A stretch of 64,000 nucleotides of DNA, taken from the NCBI RefSeq assembly GCF_006345805.1, contig NC_042999.1, positions 46,066,001 to 46,130,000 on the forward strand, read 5' to 3'. Shown here piece by piece: positions 50,780 through 63,620 of the stretch. Under the pieces are notes generated by a model that saw only the letters and a program-made list of their open reading frames with translations, had not been told where the DNA came from and did not search any database. The position numbers and the translations under genes were made by a program. Numbering within the stretch: position 1 is the first letter of the stretch; each line of letters opens with the position of its first letter. This DNA is from Octopus sinensis (taxonomy: Eukaryota).

Positions 50780-51415
50780 TATTGGTTATTTGTGCAAAAC
50801 GCTGTCTTATTATCGCTAGCGGGGAAATAAAGCCCCACCACCTCCCGTGCCGAACACCAGTTCACGTGATTTCGACCTTCTTTAGTCTTGTTAATGATGG
50901 AAGCTCGACCGCTAGAGATAGCAGCGATTCTTCCCCCCCCCCCCGCCAACGATATATAGAAAAACAGTACCAGAACAGATGCTGGTGTCGCGATTAGCTA
51001 ATGAGCTTGTTACAATATATATATATATATATATTAGTGACAGATACAGTATTAATACCAGGAGGTGATATTTATTGCCACTTAAATGTAGGTGTTCTTT
51101 AAGAACAAACTATACTGCGGTAGATACCACGAGAGAAATTCTCATATAGGCTTTTGGTGCAAAATGCACTCTTGTTTGTATCGCCAGCAGGGAGATAAAT
51201 CCCTGCAACCTACAACGCCGAGATCACCATATCACGATTTCCCTTGGTTTTGATAATGATGGACGCTCGACCGCTAGAAATAGCAGCGATTCATCCCCGC
51301 CAGCGATATATACACTAACAGAATAACAGTGCGGTACATACATGTGTGTGTGTGTGTGTAGAATAACAGTGCCAGAACATGTACTGGTGTCGCGATTAGC
51401 CAGTAAGCTTTCACC
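50780..51415. repeat. Diverged direct tandem duplication, about 380-bp period
   Basis: aatgatgga(a/c)gctcgaccgctaga(g/a)atagcagcgatt..ctggtgtcgcgattagc occurs twice. Confidence 0.7.
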
Positions 51416-51542
51416 ATTATCATAAGATAATGCTCGAAGAGAGCGCGATGGTCACATCAGGAAACGATGAGCTTGATAAACAACTATAGTATGAGACATA
51501 GTCGTGTTATCAAGAAGCTTGTTTTTATTTACAAGCACGAGA

Positions 51543-51915
51543 CAAGAAGTTTGCTTCCCAACCACATGGTTCCGGGTTCAGTTCCATTGCGTGGGACCTT
51601 GGGCAAGTGTCTTCTGCTATAGTCGATTTGATAGACGGAAACTGAAAGAAGCCCGTCGTAAACATACATACATACATAAACACATACATACATACGTACA
51701 CACACACACACATGCATATATACTTGTCTGTGTGCCCCTACCACTGCATGATAATCAGTGTTAGTTTGTTTACGCCCCCGTAGCTTAGCGATTCGACAAA
51801 AAACCGATAGAATAGGTACTAGGCTTTTCGACTAAACTCTTCAAGATGGTACCTCTTCATGGTTGCAGTCCAATGGTTGAAACAGGTAAAAGATGGAAGA
51901 TAAGCGATAAAAGAT
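51543..51915 (+). mobile_element. Family A SINE, diverged
   Basis: Core and tail recognisable. Confidence 0.75.
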
Positions 51916-52724
51916 GTGGTTCCAGGTTCGATCCTACTATATGGATCTTGAGTGAGTTAATGTGAAATACATAATCTAAAGCTAAGACATAGTTGAGGCA
52001 GACCAAGAGGAGAGAGATCATATCATTGATGAGATCGCGAGTGGTAGCGAAAGGACTTTCACAATCAACTGATTGGTTGATTGATTAACTGACTAATTAA
52101 GCAAGAAGTCAGTTAGTTGATTAAATAACTTACCAATGGACGAATAATAAAGAAGTGAATTTGAATCAGTGCGTGTTTTTGTTATTAGTGAAATGTCCCT
52201 CCCAAAATACAACAAAATGAAAGCTGAAGTTCAAACAATATGATAGCCGAATGCGTGGACAACAGTTCGTTAATTATACTTATTAGGAGAGTTTGATAGG
52301 CAAAGTTCAATCTGCTCAAATGACGTGAAGAGTGTAGGCTAACATTTCAGCCATTGCATTAAAACAAAAATGACGAAAGAATATCTAAGTAACGAGGACA
52401 TTTAGAACGACAAAAAGTCGATTACCATAGACTCTTGACGACATAAACTATGTGGGGGATAGAAAATATCCACGTAGAAGCCCATCTGGTGAGCAGAACC
52501 TGTTACCGGATTGTAGACATAATTCCTTCCCCAATTTATTGTCGCTATTCGGTCCTTGAAACTTTAGAGGAATCTATTTTGCTTTGTTGCAATTATCTAC
52601 CCAATTATCTTGGGCAGGCCTCCTGTTTTAGGATAAATCAAGCTTGAGTTTCCGGCAAAAGTGGGTGAGGAAGGGTTGTGGTAATGCTCTTCCTCTTTTA
52701 ATCACATTACATATCTACAGTGTA

Positions 52725-53597
52725 TGTATTTTCCAGCGGTATTCTCTGTCTATTATTTTAACTTCATCCCACTGGGGAGGTGGCCTCCATTTTTCCTTAC
52801 ATGATCAGCTATACCCGATTTATCAATATTTCCTCGTGTCACAGCTTTGCGATGTTCGTCTACCCTTATTTTGAAGGGGCGGCATGTTTCGCCTTTGTAT
52901 AACATACCACAGCTGCCATACCATATATCAAAGCTGGGATGGATTACACGCAGTCTTTGGTCATATTCTCTTCTATTGGTGGTTTTACTCGAAGGAGATA
53001 TTTGCGAAGTGTTGTATTAATCTTGAATACTGTTCTGATGTCATATGGGCCGCATATCTTTTGTATCTTTTCGGAGAGGCCTTTCACATAGGGTAGACAG
53101 ACTGTGGACAGTTTATTGGCCACATCCTTTCTCTTCTTCATAAGTGGAGTGGATAGTATACTTTTGGGGTAGTTGTTGCTTAACAGATCGTTATTGAGCT
53201 TAATCATTTCTTCGTAGTGTGTATCACGATCGCTACTTAGATTCTTTGCACGATGTTTTAGGCACTGAGCAATCCCTCTCTTTACACTGTATGGATGGTG
53301 GGAATTGAAGTTGGGGTATCGTCCAGTAAAGGTCGGCTTGCGGTATACGGATGTTCTGAATCCATACTTGGTGTGTGTTATTAATACATCCAAAAATGCC
53401 AGCTGATTATCTTTTTCCCTTTCTATTGTGAACTATATGGATGGCTTTATTGAGTTCACATGATCTAACAGCACTTGGACATCTTCCTGGTGAAGCCAGA
53501 GTATAAAGGTGTCATCAACATATCGTAGCCATAGGGTTGGTTTTAGTGGTGTTGATCCTAAAGCCAAATTCTCAAAGTATTCCATGTATGTATTATG
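52725..53597 (-). mobile_element. Penelope-like retroelement, 5'-truncated (RT end, thumb, GIY-YIG endonuclease)
   Basis: MEYFENLAL..WLRYVDDTFILW..AFLDVLI..SVYRKPTFTGRY..HHP..LPYVKGLSEKI..DCV*..LYKGETCRPFKIRVDEH..SGIADHV..WDEVKIIDRE. Confidence 0.9.
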
Positions 53598-53661
53598 GAG
53601 TGAATTTTAGGGCTTATAAATCTAATATTTTTCTATTCTTCCTTAATACCGGTTCCCATAG

Positions 53662-53698
53662 GCTGCTCATATCTGCACTTGGTGCAGATATGAGCAGC
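53662..53698. repeat. Perfect 17-bp hairpin with a 3-nt loop
   Basis: gctgctcatatctgcac ttg gtgcagatatgagcagc. Confidence 0.9.
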
Positions 53699-53718
53699 AT
53701 ATCTCCATAATTGCCCAC

Positions 53719-53790
53719 GGGCATATGGCGTAGTGGTTAAGAGCGTGGGCTACTAACCCCAAGATTCCGAGTTCGATTCCAAGCAGTGAC
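53719..53790 (+). other. tRNA-derived Pol III head (SINE-like, not a functional tRNA)
   Basis: A box TGGCGTAGTGG (53726-53736) and B box GTTCGATTCC (53771-53780). The acceptor stem does not close. Confidence 0.65.
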
Positions 53791-53871
53791 CTTAACAACA
53801 ACAACAACAATAATAATAATAATATCGAAAAATACCTTAGGAATGAGAACCCAGGTTCGAAATTTCCCCAA

Positions 53872-53917
53872 GATACCTGAAGAAAGCTGGCGGGTATATC
53901 AGCCGAAACATTGAGTT
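53872..53917 (+). ncRNA. Degenerate hammerhead motif
   Basis: gatac CTGAAGA a agctg gcgggtatat cagcc GAAAC ATT gagtt. Core strands are intact; the stem II closing pair, stem III and stem I carry mismatches. Confidence 0.45.
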
Positions 53918-54019
53918 AACAGCAAACAAGATGAGGACAAATATCCGTCAATTGTAAATAATGTACATAATTCCTCATCTCTTAAATATAGAACTGTATG
54001 ATTTCCAGGGACATAAAAT

Positions 54020-56128
54020 CCTCATGAGACGCAGGTTAAAGATCTCAAAGCGGCTGAATAGGCAACTGAAGCATAGAGAGAAATCTTTCTTAATACCAAC
54101 GCTCCTAGAATTTGAAAGCAAGATCAAACTCTCTCATGAAAAAGAAAGAGTAGAGAGAGTGAGAAAAGGGCTGTGGAAAGCATAAAAAACAAATCCCAAA
54201 ACTTTTTATATATTCGCAAATAAAACAACTACAATACAATATAAAATAGGACCATTGTTCCAAAAGAATGACTTACTGACGGTGGACCCAGGACGGATAA
54301 GTGAGATACTCAATGAACAATTTAAAAGTGTCTTCACTTCCCCCTTTGGACACATGCAGATAAAAAAATCCAGCTGAATTCTTCAATATTGCAGCTTTAA
54401 AAAAGGAGGCGCCAGCCATCAATTACATCAACATTGAGGAAACAGATGTAACAGCGGCCAATGATGAAATGAGCTCATGCTCCGCCACTGGTCCTGATGG
54501 CTTCCCAGCTATTCTCCTAAAGTCATGTAAGCAGGCTTTAGCGAAACCACTTCAGATACTTTTCCAAAGTTTCCTTGCAAGTGGTATACTTCCTAAAGAG
54601 CTGAAAGAAGGCATTATATGTTCTATACACAAAGATGGAAGCAGAGCAGAGGCGAAAATCTACAGGACAATCTCCCTGACTTCACATATCAGTAATGTCA
54701 TGAAGCGAATCATAAGAAAGAAGTTGATAATGTTCCTAGAAGAAAATGACCGACTGAGCAATACTCAGCATAGCTTCCATACAGGAAGAAGCTGCCTCAC
54801 ACAGCTTCTACAGCACTATGACTGGGTTTTGAAACAGCTGCTTGACCATTCAGATGGCAATATGAAATACCTTGACATCGCAAAGGCATTTGATAAGGTA
54901 TATCATGACACGATAAGGCATAAGCTACAAGACCTTCGCATTGCTGGTAAACAGGAAGAGTGGCTGCATGACTTCCTTAAAAACAGAAATCAGGTAGTTG
55001 CAACCAATGGTGCTCTTTCTGAGGAAACTCAAGTCCTAAATGGTGTTCCCTAGGGAACTGTTCTGGGTCCATTACTGTTCATAATTACCCTCTTAGACAT
55101 GCCCACTGTCACTCGGGCTAGCTATGCCGATGATACAAAATTATCACAAGCAATAAAAAAACAAGATGATGTCACAAGCTTACAGCGGGACCTAGGTTCA
55201 ATATACAAGTGGCTCGAAATAAACAACATGCAGTTTAATCCTGGAAAATTTCAAGCCCTGCACTATCAACTCTCGGATACAGTAAACCTATATTTACAGA
55301 ACCCGAAGGCACTACAATCCCAGTATCACAGGCAGTGAAAGACTTGGGGATAAGTATGTGCAACGACGCATCATTTCATATACAAATTTGCAAGATGTGC
55401 AATTTGCAGCAAAGTGCAGACAACCGGCAGAATGGCTACTGAGTCCTTCAAGACAAGAGACCAAGAAACTATGTTGACCCTGTGAATAACCTGTGTTCTC
55501 AGCCGCCTGGACTACGGCTCCCAGTTATGGTCACCACATAGTGCCAAGCTAACAGTGGAGCTTGAAGTAGTTCAACTACACTAAAAAATTGAAACAGTGC
55601 AGCGGATGAGCTACAGGGATAGGCTGAGAAAACTATAGCTTTACTCCATGGAGCGAAGGCATGTAAGATATGTAATAAGATATACATGGAAAATCCTAGA
55701 AGGGCTAGTACCTAACTTTGGCATTCAGTGTTATACAAATGCCAGAACTGGCTGCCATTGTATTGTACCCAAGGTACCATCCACCCCATCTAAATCCAAG
55801 ACTAGGTTCTGCAATAGTCTGGGTTCATAGGCCCAATGCCCTGCCAAAAAAATTAAGAAATTTGCATAAGGTGGAAGCAGATGTCTTCAAAAAGGAACTA
55901 AACATCCTCCTCTCCACAATACCGGATGAACCAACAGCTCGATATGAGGTACAGACGAGGGCAGCGGAATCAAACTCTCTTATACACCGAATGTGCTAAA
56001 AGCTGGGACAAAGGCACATACAGGAGTGGTGATGTGAAACACCCAGACTGAGGAAGTCTGAAATACCATGGTGGTGCTCCAGCATAACCACGGCCGCATG
56101 TCTGAAACAAGTAAAAGAATGAAAGAAT
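54020..56128 (+). mobile_element. CR1-clade LINE, decayed ORF2 RT region and 3' end
   Basis: KTNPKTFY..SATGPDGFPAILLK..YRTISLTSHIS..QHSFHTGRSCLTQLL..YLDIAKAFDKV..GVP*GTVLGPLLF..YADDTK..MQFNPGKFQAL. Confidence 0.9.
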
Positions 56129-56512
56129 ACCTGTAGGAAGAACATTAAATAAATGTACAATCCAGATGTGGATAATCTAGGACCTAGGTTTCGAACTTTC
56201 CAAATTACGTTTGTTAGCGTAAGTTTGATTAGCTCTCATCGGCTAGATTCACCGAGACGAAACTTCAAATGTCGCTACATGAGCGCCGGTATTACTCGCC
56301 TGAACGCCTAGGCGTCAACAGACAGAAAATAGTGAAAAATGTTTTTCAAAGAAAAAATTATTAAATAATACAATACAGTAGCATTGCTTCCCAGTGAAAC
56401 AAAGCATCATCAGGTTAAAGTATAAATATAGGATAGTGGTACATACATACATACATGCATGCATGCATGCATGCATGCATACATACATACATACATACAT
56501 ACATACATACAT

Positions 56513-56870
56513 TATTATTATGGCTGCCCCCTCGTTTTCGAGTATGGCCATTGCACGAAGCTTAACTGTTACTGGTGCTGTGATCGAATGTGACTTTTTA
56601 GCCCAGCTAAAGATCTACAATGTCTTGTACAAAATTGGCAACTAAGACCTTTACTGGTAATAGCCGGCAGTAGTTGTAACTGGGCTTCATGTACCTTTGC
56701 ATGTCGTTTAAGTCCTCCTGCCGAATTACACTCTCTTCCACATGCCCGACAGATATGATTAGTATGGTGTGTTACACCACCACCAGTGGTCAGGTTGTCA
56801 CTCATCTGTCTCGTTTTATGACTACGAAGATGACTCATGAGTCCAGCTTTACTGAGGCAGGGTCTTGCAC
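56513..56870 (-). mobile_element. 3' end of an RTE/BovB-like LINE encoding tandem C2H2 zinc fingers
   Basis: xCARPCLSKAGLMSHLRSH / CRACGRECNSAGGLKRHAKVH / CQFCTRHCRSLAGLKSHIRSQH* without TGEKP linkers, then a 55-nt UTR (tggccatactcgaaaacgagggggcagcc) and a (TAA)n tail. Confidence 0.7.
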
Positions 56871-58405
56871 ATACATACATGCATACATACATGCATACAT
56901 ACATACATACATACATACATGCATACATACATGCATACATACATACAACATACATACATACATACATACGTATACACAACCTAGCGTAAATCAAAACTAA
57001 AATAGATTTAGATATTACAAAAACTCACCATCGAAGAAATAAGAATGAAAATACATAAAAATCATTTTTTAATGCTAGTACGGCAAAATTATGAAGAGAA
57101 TTTCCTGACGGACCGTTTCACGATTTGTTGAATATCCTTTCCTTTTCCAACGAACAACATAGATCAGTTGCTATATAAAGCAGTTACAAATCAGGAAAGT
57201 ACCACAGCTTGCATGTTCGTACGTTTTAAGTTGAAAACTTCATTGTCTGTTATTCTAAATTTTCTGTTTCCGGCATCCATCCCGAGATTAAAACGTGAAA
57301 CTCAATATAAAGGTCAGCGAATACTTTAGCTTACAAGAAATGTGATAAAACTCTCTACAATGCGTATTGAATGTTCGCTCTCTATTTTATATTATGTGTC
57401 TCTACCTATTATATCAAAGTAGTTGAGAGGGCTACGTTCCCTTATAAGGGTGCGGAAGACTCCAGAATACGACCTGTTTTTCAGTGCGAATGCAATGGTC
57501 AGTAAAATCTTTTTATACAAGCCTCAAAGAAGGCCAGCTTTGTTGACTTTATTGCCAGATGTTTTTAAAAGCTTGTTGCAGTCATTCCAAGACTTGACGC
57601 CCACTTTTGATAATTATTATTAAAAATCAATAGAGAATAATTTGAGACTTCCCGTCTAAATACAACTACTTTACCATCTCAAGAAAAAGAAAGGAAGGAA
57701 GAAATAAATAAAGAAAGAAAGACGCTGGGCGATGTAGTACTGGGGTTCCTTGCACATAAGAAAAAATTGTGATATGATCGACTTTGCCCTTCATCCTTTC
57801 AATGTCGATAAAAGAAGTACCAGTTGAGCACTGGGGTTGATGTAATCGACTTACCCCTGCCCTATAAATGTGAACCTTGTACCAAAATTCGAAATCAATA
57901 CTTTTGATCATAGGTGTCCACAATCAGACTCAACCTGTGGCTAAACAACAGCAGCAGGAGCAGGAGCAACAACTACAACAGCTACAATAGCCGTTCAAGA
58001 ATTTGGACCTGGAGATCTCCATTTCTAGCCTTTTCGAGGGCCACCTCCCAGTGGTGTCGGGCGTCAACAAAGAGCCCTCGACTACAACAAGACGACCAAA
58101 GTTTTTTTTTTTTTTCCCCCAAGGTCTGGGGTCTCCCGCCCCAAAGCCCTAGATCATCACCTAATCACCCCTACCCGTCTTGTTGCTTAACAACAACAAC
58201 AGCAACAACAAGCTATGCGAGTGAAAGAAGATGTGGTCCATTAAAATGGACACACCGGTATTTGATGTCTTACTTATTTTATCGACTCCGCGGTGTCCCT
58301 GAAGGATACTGAATGGCAAAGTCAAACAGAAAGGGATTTGAACGTCTGACTTCAGAACTAAGAGACGTACATAAAACAAAGCATGCATTAAAAAACAACA
58401 AAAAG

Positions 58406-58436
<31 letters not shown>

Positions 58437-58515
58437 ACAGTTTATATTTCCAGATATGTTCCAACTGCCATGTCAGAACATCAAATCTCTGCCAGTTCTA
58501 CTAACAGCCATTAAC

Positions 58516-58519
<4 letters not shown>

Positions 58520-58550
<31 letters not shown>

Positions 58551-58940
58551 ACACTACTACTACTACTACTACCACCACCACCATTAGAATTTCGATCGAC
58601 CACTATTCAGTTTGAGCTACCAATCATTGACTTGAGTTAGCGCGTAAGTGGTTGAATATTCCGCAGACACACGTACTTTTTTAATGAACAATTCTCAGAC
58701 AGAATCCGCGTAGCACTGAGTGACAAGGTTAGATCTTTGATTGAATATTGTCTAGAATTCACTCGACTCACGGCACACTTCCACAGTTTCCATTGACCCA
58801 GTTCCACTCTCAAGACATTTGTCGACCTGACGTTATTGTAAAAAAAAACACAAAAGGTTATCCAGGATGCCTTGCAGAGGAATCGAACGCACTGTACCTT
58901 TTTTTTTATTAATTCAGAGGCAATGTTAACCATTCCGCCA

Positions 58941-58996
<56 letters not shown>

Positions 58997-59051
58997 TTAC
59001 TACTACTACTACTACTGCTGCTGTTACTACTACTACTACTACTGCTGCTGT

Positions 59052-59098
<47 letters not shown>

Positions 59099-59221
59099 TA
59101 CTACTACTACTACTGCTGCTGCTGTTACTGCTACTACTACTACTACTACTACTACTACTGCTGCTGTTACTACTACTACTACTGCTGCTGTTACTACTAC
59201 TACTACTACTGCTGTTACTAT

Positions 59222-59261
<40 letters not shown>

Positions 59262-59266
59262 GCTGT

Positions 59267-59303
<37 letters not shown>

Positions 59304-59530
59304 GCTGCTGCTGCTGTTACTACTACTACTACTGCTGTTACTACTACTACTACTGCTACTACTACTACTACTGCTGCTGTTACTGCTACTACTACTACTA
59401 CTGCTGCTGCTGCTGTTACTACTACTACTACTACTGCTGTTACTACTACTACTACTACAACTACTACTACTACTACTATACTACTACTACTATACTACTA
59501 CTACCGCCCAACCACCACCACCACGACTGC
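58520..59530. repeat. Compound trinucleotide tracts (CTA/CTG/GTT/CCA)n
   Basis: Direct reading. The main block is 58940-59530. Confidence 0.9.
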
Positions 59531-59636
59531 TGCTGCTTTTAGTATTGATACGTGTTAGAGACAGCTGTCTATGCCACACTAACATAATTCCTCTCAGCAA
59601 CATCCCAGACAGACCGGGTTAGATAGAGTCAGTCGC

Positions 59637-59804
59637 GATGATGCTGGTGGGGGACGCGGCTAGTGATGATGCTGGTGGGGGACGCGGCTAGTGATGATGC
59701 TGGTGGGGGACGCGGCTAGTGATGATGCTGGTGGGGGACGCGGCTAGTGATGATGCTGGTGGGGGACGCGGCTAGTGATGATGCTGGTGGGGGACGCGGC
59801 TAGT
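59637..59804. repeat. Perfect 28-bp minisatellite x6
   Basis: gatgatgctggtgggggacgcggctagt repeated six times with no mismatch. Confidence 0.95.
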
Positions 59805-60009
59805 GATGGTGATGGTGGTGGAGGTGGTGGTAGTGGTGGTGGTGGAGGTTTGTAGCTCTTTTCAGCCGTATCAATCCCACTTATGGGCCTGCTGATGCTG
59901 CTGCCGTTGATGCATTTTTACTGTTGCAACTAGCGGTGCAGCTGCTGCTAACTGTTGTTGTTGTTACTGCGACATGAATGTGTGAGAGTTTATGCACACG
60001 CACACCAAC

Positions 60010-61398
60010 ACATGCCTCTGCACGTATGCATGTCTGTGTGTGTATGTATGTATGTATGTATGTATGTATGTATGTATGTATGTATGTATTTGTGTGTGTA
60101 TGTGTGTATGTATGTATGTATGTATTATGTATGTATGTATGTATCTGTGTGTTTATGTGTGTATGTATGTATGTATCTGTGTGTGTACGTGTGTATATAT
60201 GTATGTATATATATATGTATGCATGCATGTATGTATGTATGTATGTATGTATGTATCTGTGTGTGTATGTATGTATGTATGTATGTATGTATTTGTGTTT
60301 ATGTATGTATGTATGTATGTATCTGTGTGTGTATGTATGTATGTATGTATCTGTGTGTTTATGTGTGTATGTATGTATGTATGTATCTGTGTGTATGCAT
60401 GTCTGTGTGTGTATGTATGTATGTATGTATGTATGTATGTATCTGTATGTATGTATGTATGTATGTATGTATGTTGTATGTATGTATGTATGTATGTATT
60501 TGTGTGTGTATGTGGTGTATGTATGTATGTATGTATGTATGTATGTAGTATGTATGTATGTATCTGTGTGTTTATGTGTGTATGTATGTATGTATCTGTG
60601 TGTGTACGTGTGTATATATGTATGTATATATATATGTATGCATGCATGTATGTATGTATGTATGTATGTATGTATCTGTGTGTGTATGTATGTATGTATG
60701 TATGTATGTATTTGTGTTTATGTATGTATGTATGTATGTATCTGTGTGTGTATGTGTGTATGTATGTATGTATGTATCTGTGTGTTTATGTGTGTATGTA
60801 TGTATGTATGTATCTGTGTGTATGCATGTCTGTGTGTGTATGTAGGTATGTATGTATGTATGATGTATGTATGTATTATGTATGTATGTATGTATGTATG
60901 TATGTATGTATGTATGTATGTATTTGTGTTTATGTATGTATGTATGTATGTATGTATGTATGTTGTATGTATGTATGTATCTGTGTGTTTATGTGTGTAT
61001 GTATGTATTATCTGTGTGTGTACGTGTGTATGTATGTATGTATATATATATGTATGCATGCATGTATGTATGTATGTATGTATGTATGTATCTGTGTGTG
61101 TATGTATGTATGTATGTATGTATTTGTGTTTATGTATGTATGTATGTATGTATCTGTGTGTGTATGTGTGTATGTATGTATGTATGTATCTGTGTGTTTA
61201 TGTGTGTATGTATGTATGTATGTATCTGTGTGTGTATGTGTGTATGTATGTATGTATGTATGTATGCATGTATGTATGTATGTATGTATGTATGTATGTA
61301 TGTATCTGTGTGTGTATGTGTGTATATATGTATGTATATATGTATGTATGCATGCATGTATGTATGTATGTATGTATGTATCTGTGTGTTTATGTGTG

Positions 61399-61429
<31 letters not shown>

Positions 61430-61576
61430 CTGTGTGTGTATGTGTGTGTGTATGTATGTATGTATGTATGTATGTATCTGTGTGTGTATGTGTGTATGTA
61501 TGTATGCAGGTATGTATGTATGTATGTATGTATGTATGTATGTATGTATGTATGTATGTATGTATGTGTGTGTGTA

Positions 61577-61630
<54 letters not shown>
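60010..61630. repeat. Long (TATG)n/(TG)n compound microsatellite with about 417-bp higher-order periodicity
   Basis: The marker gtacgtgtgtat recurs at 60185, 60604 and 61020. Confidence 0.9.
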
Positions 61631-61633
<3 letters not shown>

Positions 61634-61699
61634 GAGAGAGAGAGAGAAGAGAGAGAGATAAGTTAAAAGATAAATATATACGCATTATGTGTGTGTGTG

Positions 61700-62520
61700 T
61701 CTCGGTGTTTGTATTTGTCCCCCACCACTGCTTGTCAACCAGTGTTGGTTTGTTTACGCCCCCCTAACCTCGCGGTTCAGCAAAAAAAAAAGTGTCCGAT
61801 AGAATAAGTACCAACTAGTCTTTAATATAAGTACTGGGGTCGATTGTTTTCGACTAAAATATTAAAAGCAGGTACCCCAGCATGGCCGCAGTCTAATGAC
61901 TGAAACGAGTAAATGAATACACACACACACACACACAATAGTCAGCGGGAAAGTTCATAGACTGACTAAGCTACTCTCATGGAATGTGACCAAATTCTTC
62001 AACATAGATCCCCCCTCTCACCTCCTTACCATCCACCTTACTCTTCTCACACTTCTTCTATCGGTATTGCTGTGCTTGGATCCAGTTGTTTGTTAAAAAA
62101 GAGGAGTAGGAATGGCTGTGTGGTAAGTAGCTTGCTTACCAACCACATGGTTCCGAGTTCAGTCCCACTGTGTGGCACCTTGGGCAAGTGTCTTTTACTA
62201 TAGCCTCGGGTCGACCAAAGCCTTGTGAGTGGATTTGGTAGACGGAAACTGAAAGAAGCCCGTCGTATATATGTATGTATGTAAGTGTGTGTGTATATAT
62301 GTTTGTGCGTCTGTGTTTGTTCCCCCCCCAACATCGCTTGACAACCGATGCTGGTGTGCTTACGTCCCCGTAACTTAGCGGTTCGACAAAAGAGACCGAT
62401 AGAATAAGTACTAGGCTTACAAAAAATAAGTTCTGGAGTCGATTTGCTCGACTAAAGGCGGTGCTGCAGCATGGCCACAGTCAAATGACTGAAACAAGTA
62501 AAAAAGATAAATGAGTAAAG
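61700..62520 (+). mobile_element. Family A SINEs (3' half at 61700-61915; full length at 62103-62520)
   Basis: Head, core and tail motifs. Confidence 0.85.
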
Positions 62521-62559
62521 AAAGTAACAGCAGATATGTCGTCATCACCACTGCGCTGC

Positions 62560-63620
62560 TAGTTCCCGGCCAAGTGTTTTTTCATGTTGAAGGAATAAGT
62601 AATAGTCAGATGGGAGCCAAATCAGGAGAATAGAGAGGGTGATCAACCAGTTCAAAGCCACAGTAATGCACAGCAGCCACTGAAACCAAAGACTTGTGTG
62701 CTGGAGTAATGTCCTAATTAAATAAATCCCCTTTCGTCAATTTTCCTGGGCGTTAGGTCTTCGTAGTCTTTCGTAACTGCCTCAGTAAGTTGGCAATAGT
62801 ACTCTCCATTGATGGCGTGGCCCTCTTCAAGATTCCCCATAAACACAATGCCTTTTACATCCCAAGAAACTGAGACTGTCACTTGCCCTGCAGATGACAC
62901 GACCTTGGCATACTCTGGAGCAGGTAAAGTAGGATGTTTCCACTGCATGGATTGTCTCTTCGTCTTTGGCTTAAATTGATGAATCTAACACTCATCCTGG
63001 CTTAGGAAACGTTAAAAAAAAAACAAAGCAAAAAAAAAAAGCTGGATCTGCCGCAAACTATGTCAGATTTTCTCGTGATGTGATCAGCCTGGTGCGCTTT
63101 TGACCAAGTGTCAGACGATGCACCCATCAAGCAGAAATCTTCGTCATGCCAAATTCATTGTGCGGATTATTCCCAACTCACTCACGGGATATGCTAACAG
63201 CATTGGCTGTTCAATCGTCTGTCATCCATCAACATGTGGTGAACACGCTCAATGTTTTCATCGGTCCAGACCTTGGGTCATCTTCAAGAGCCTCTCTTCC
63301 CCCTCCTAAATTCCGCTGCCCACTTTTTGCAACGTTGTTACAGCTGGAGCCGTAACATTTAATGCGGCAAGCATCTCAGCATGAATGTCCTTGGGGCTAA
63401 GCCCTTTTTCTGCAGGTACTTGATAACACAATAATGCCAAATTTTGTCCATTTTCAAGAGAAGTAACTTCTAGTTACTTTTGAAGTCTTCATTGAACAGT
63501 GAGATATTAGTTTACCTTGAAAGAAACAATGCATTTATTAATAAGAAGGGTTGAAATAAATGCATGCAAGATTTCATAGCTCTCGCGTCACTCTTTCATA
63601 ATCAGCCTATGAACTTTGGA
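62560..63620 (-). mobile_element. Decayed mariner transposon (irritans/Hsmar2-like motifs)
   Basis: MDKI..VIKYLQKKGL..EFRRGRE..EDDPRSGP..SQDEC*IHQFKPKTKRQSMQWKH..AGQVTVSVSWDVKG..GEYY..FELVDHPLYSPDLAP. Confidence 0.85.

Noticed and set aside
53719-53790. Functional tRNA gene
   Set aside because: A/B boxes are present but acceptor-stem pairing and a T-tract terminator are missing; all tRNA-like heads in the window are SINE-derived.
58872-61767. Long ORFs (228-591 aa) of poly-Y/C/T and MYVC repeats
   Set aside because: They are translations of (CTA/CTG)n and (TATG)n microsatellites, which lack stops in some frames.
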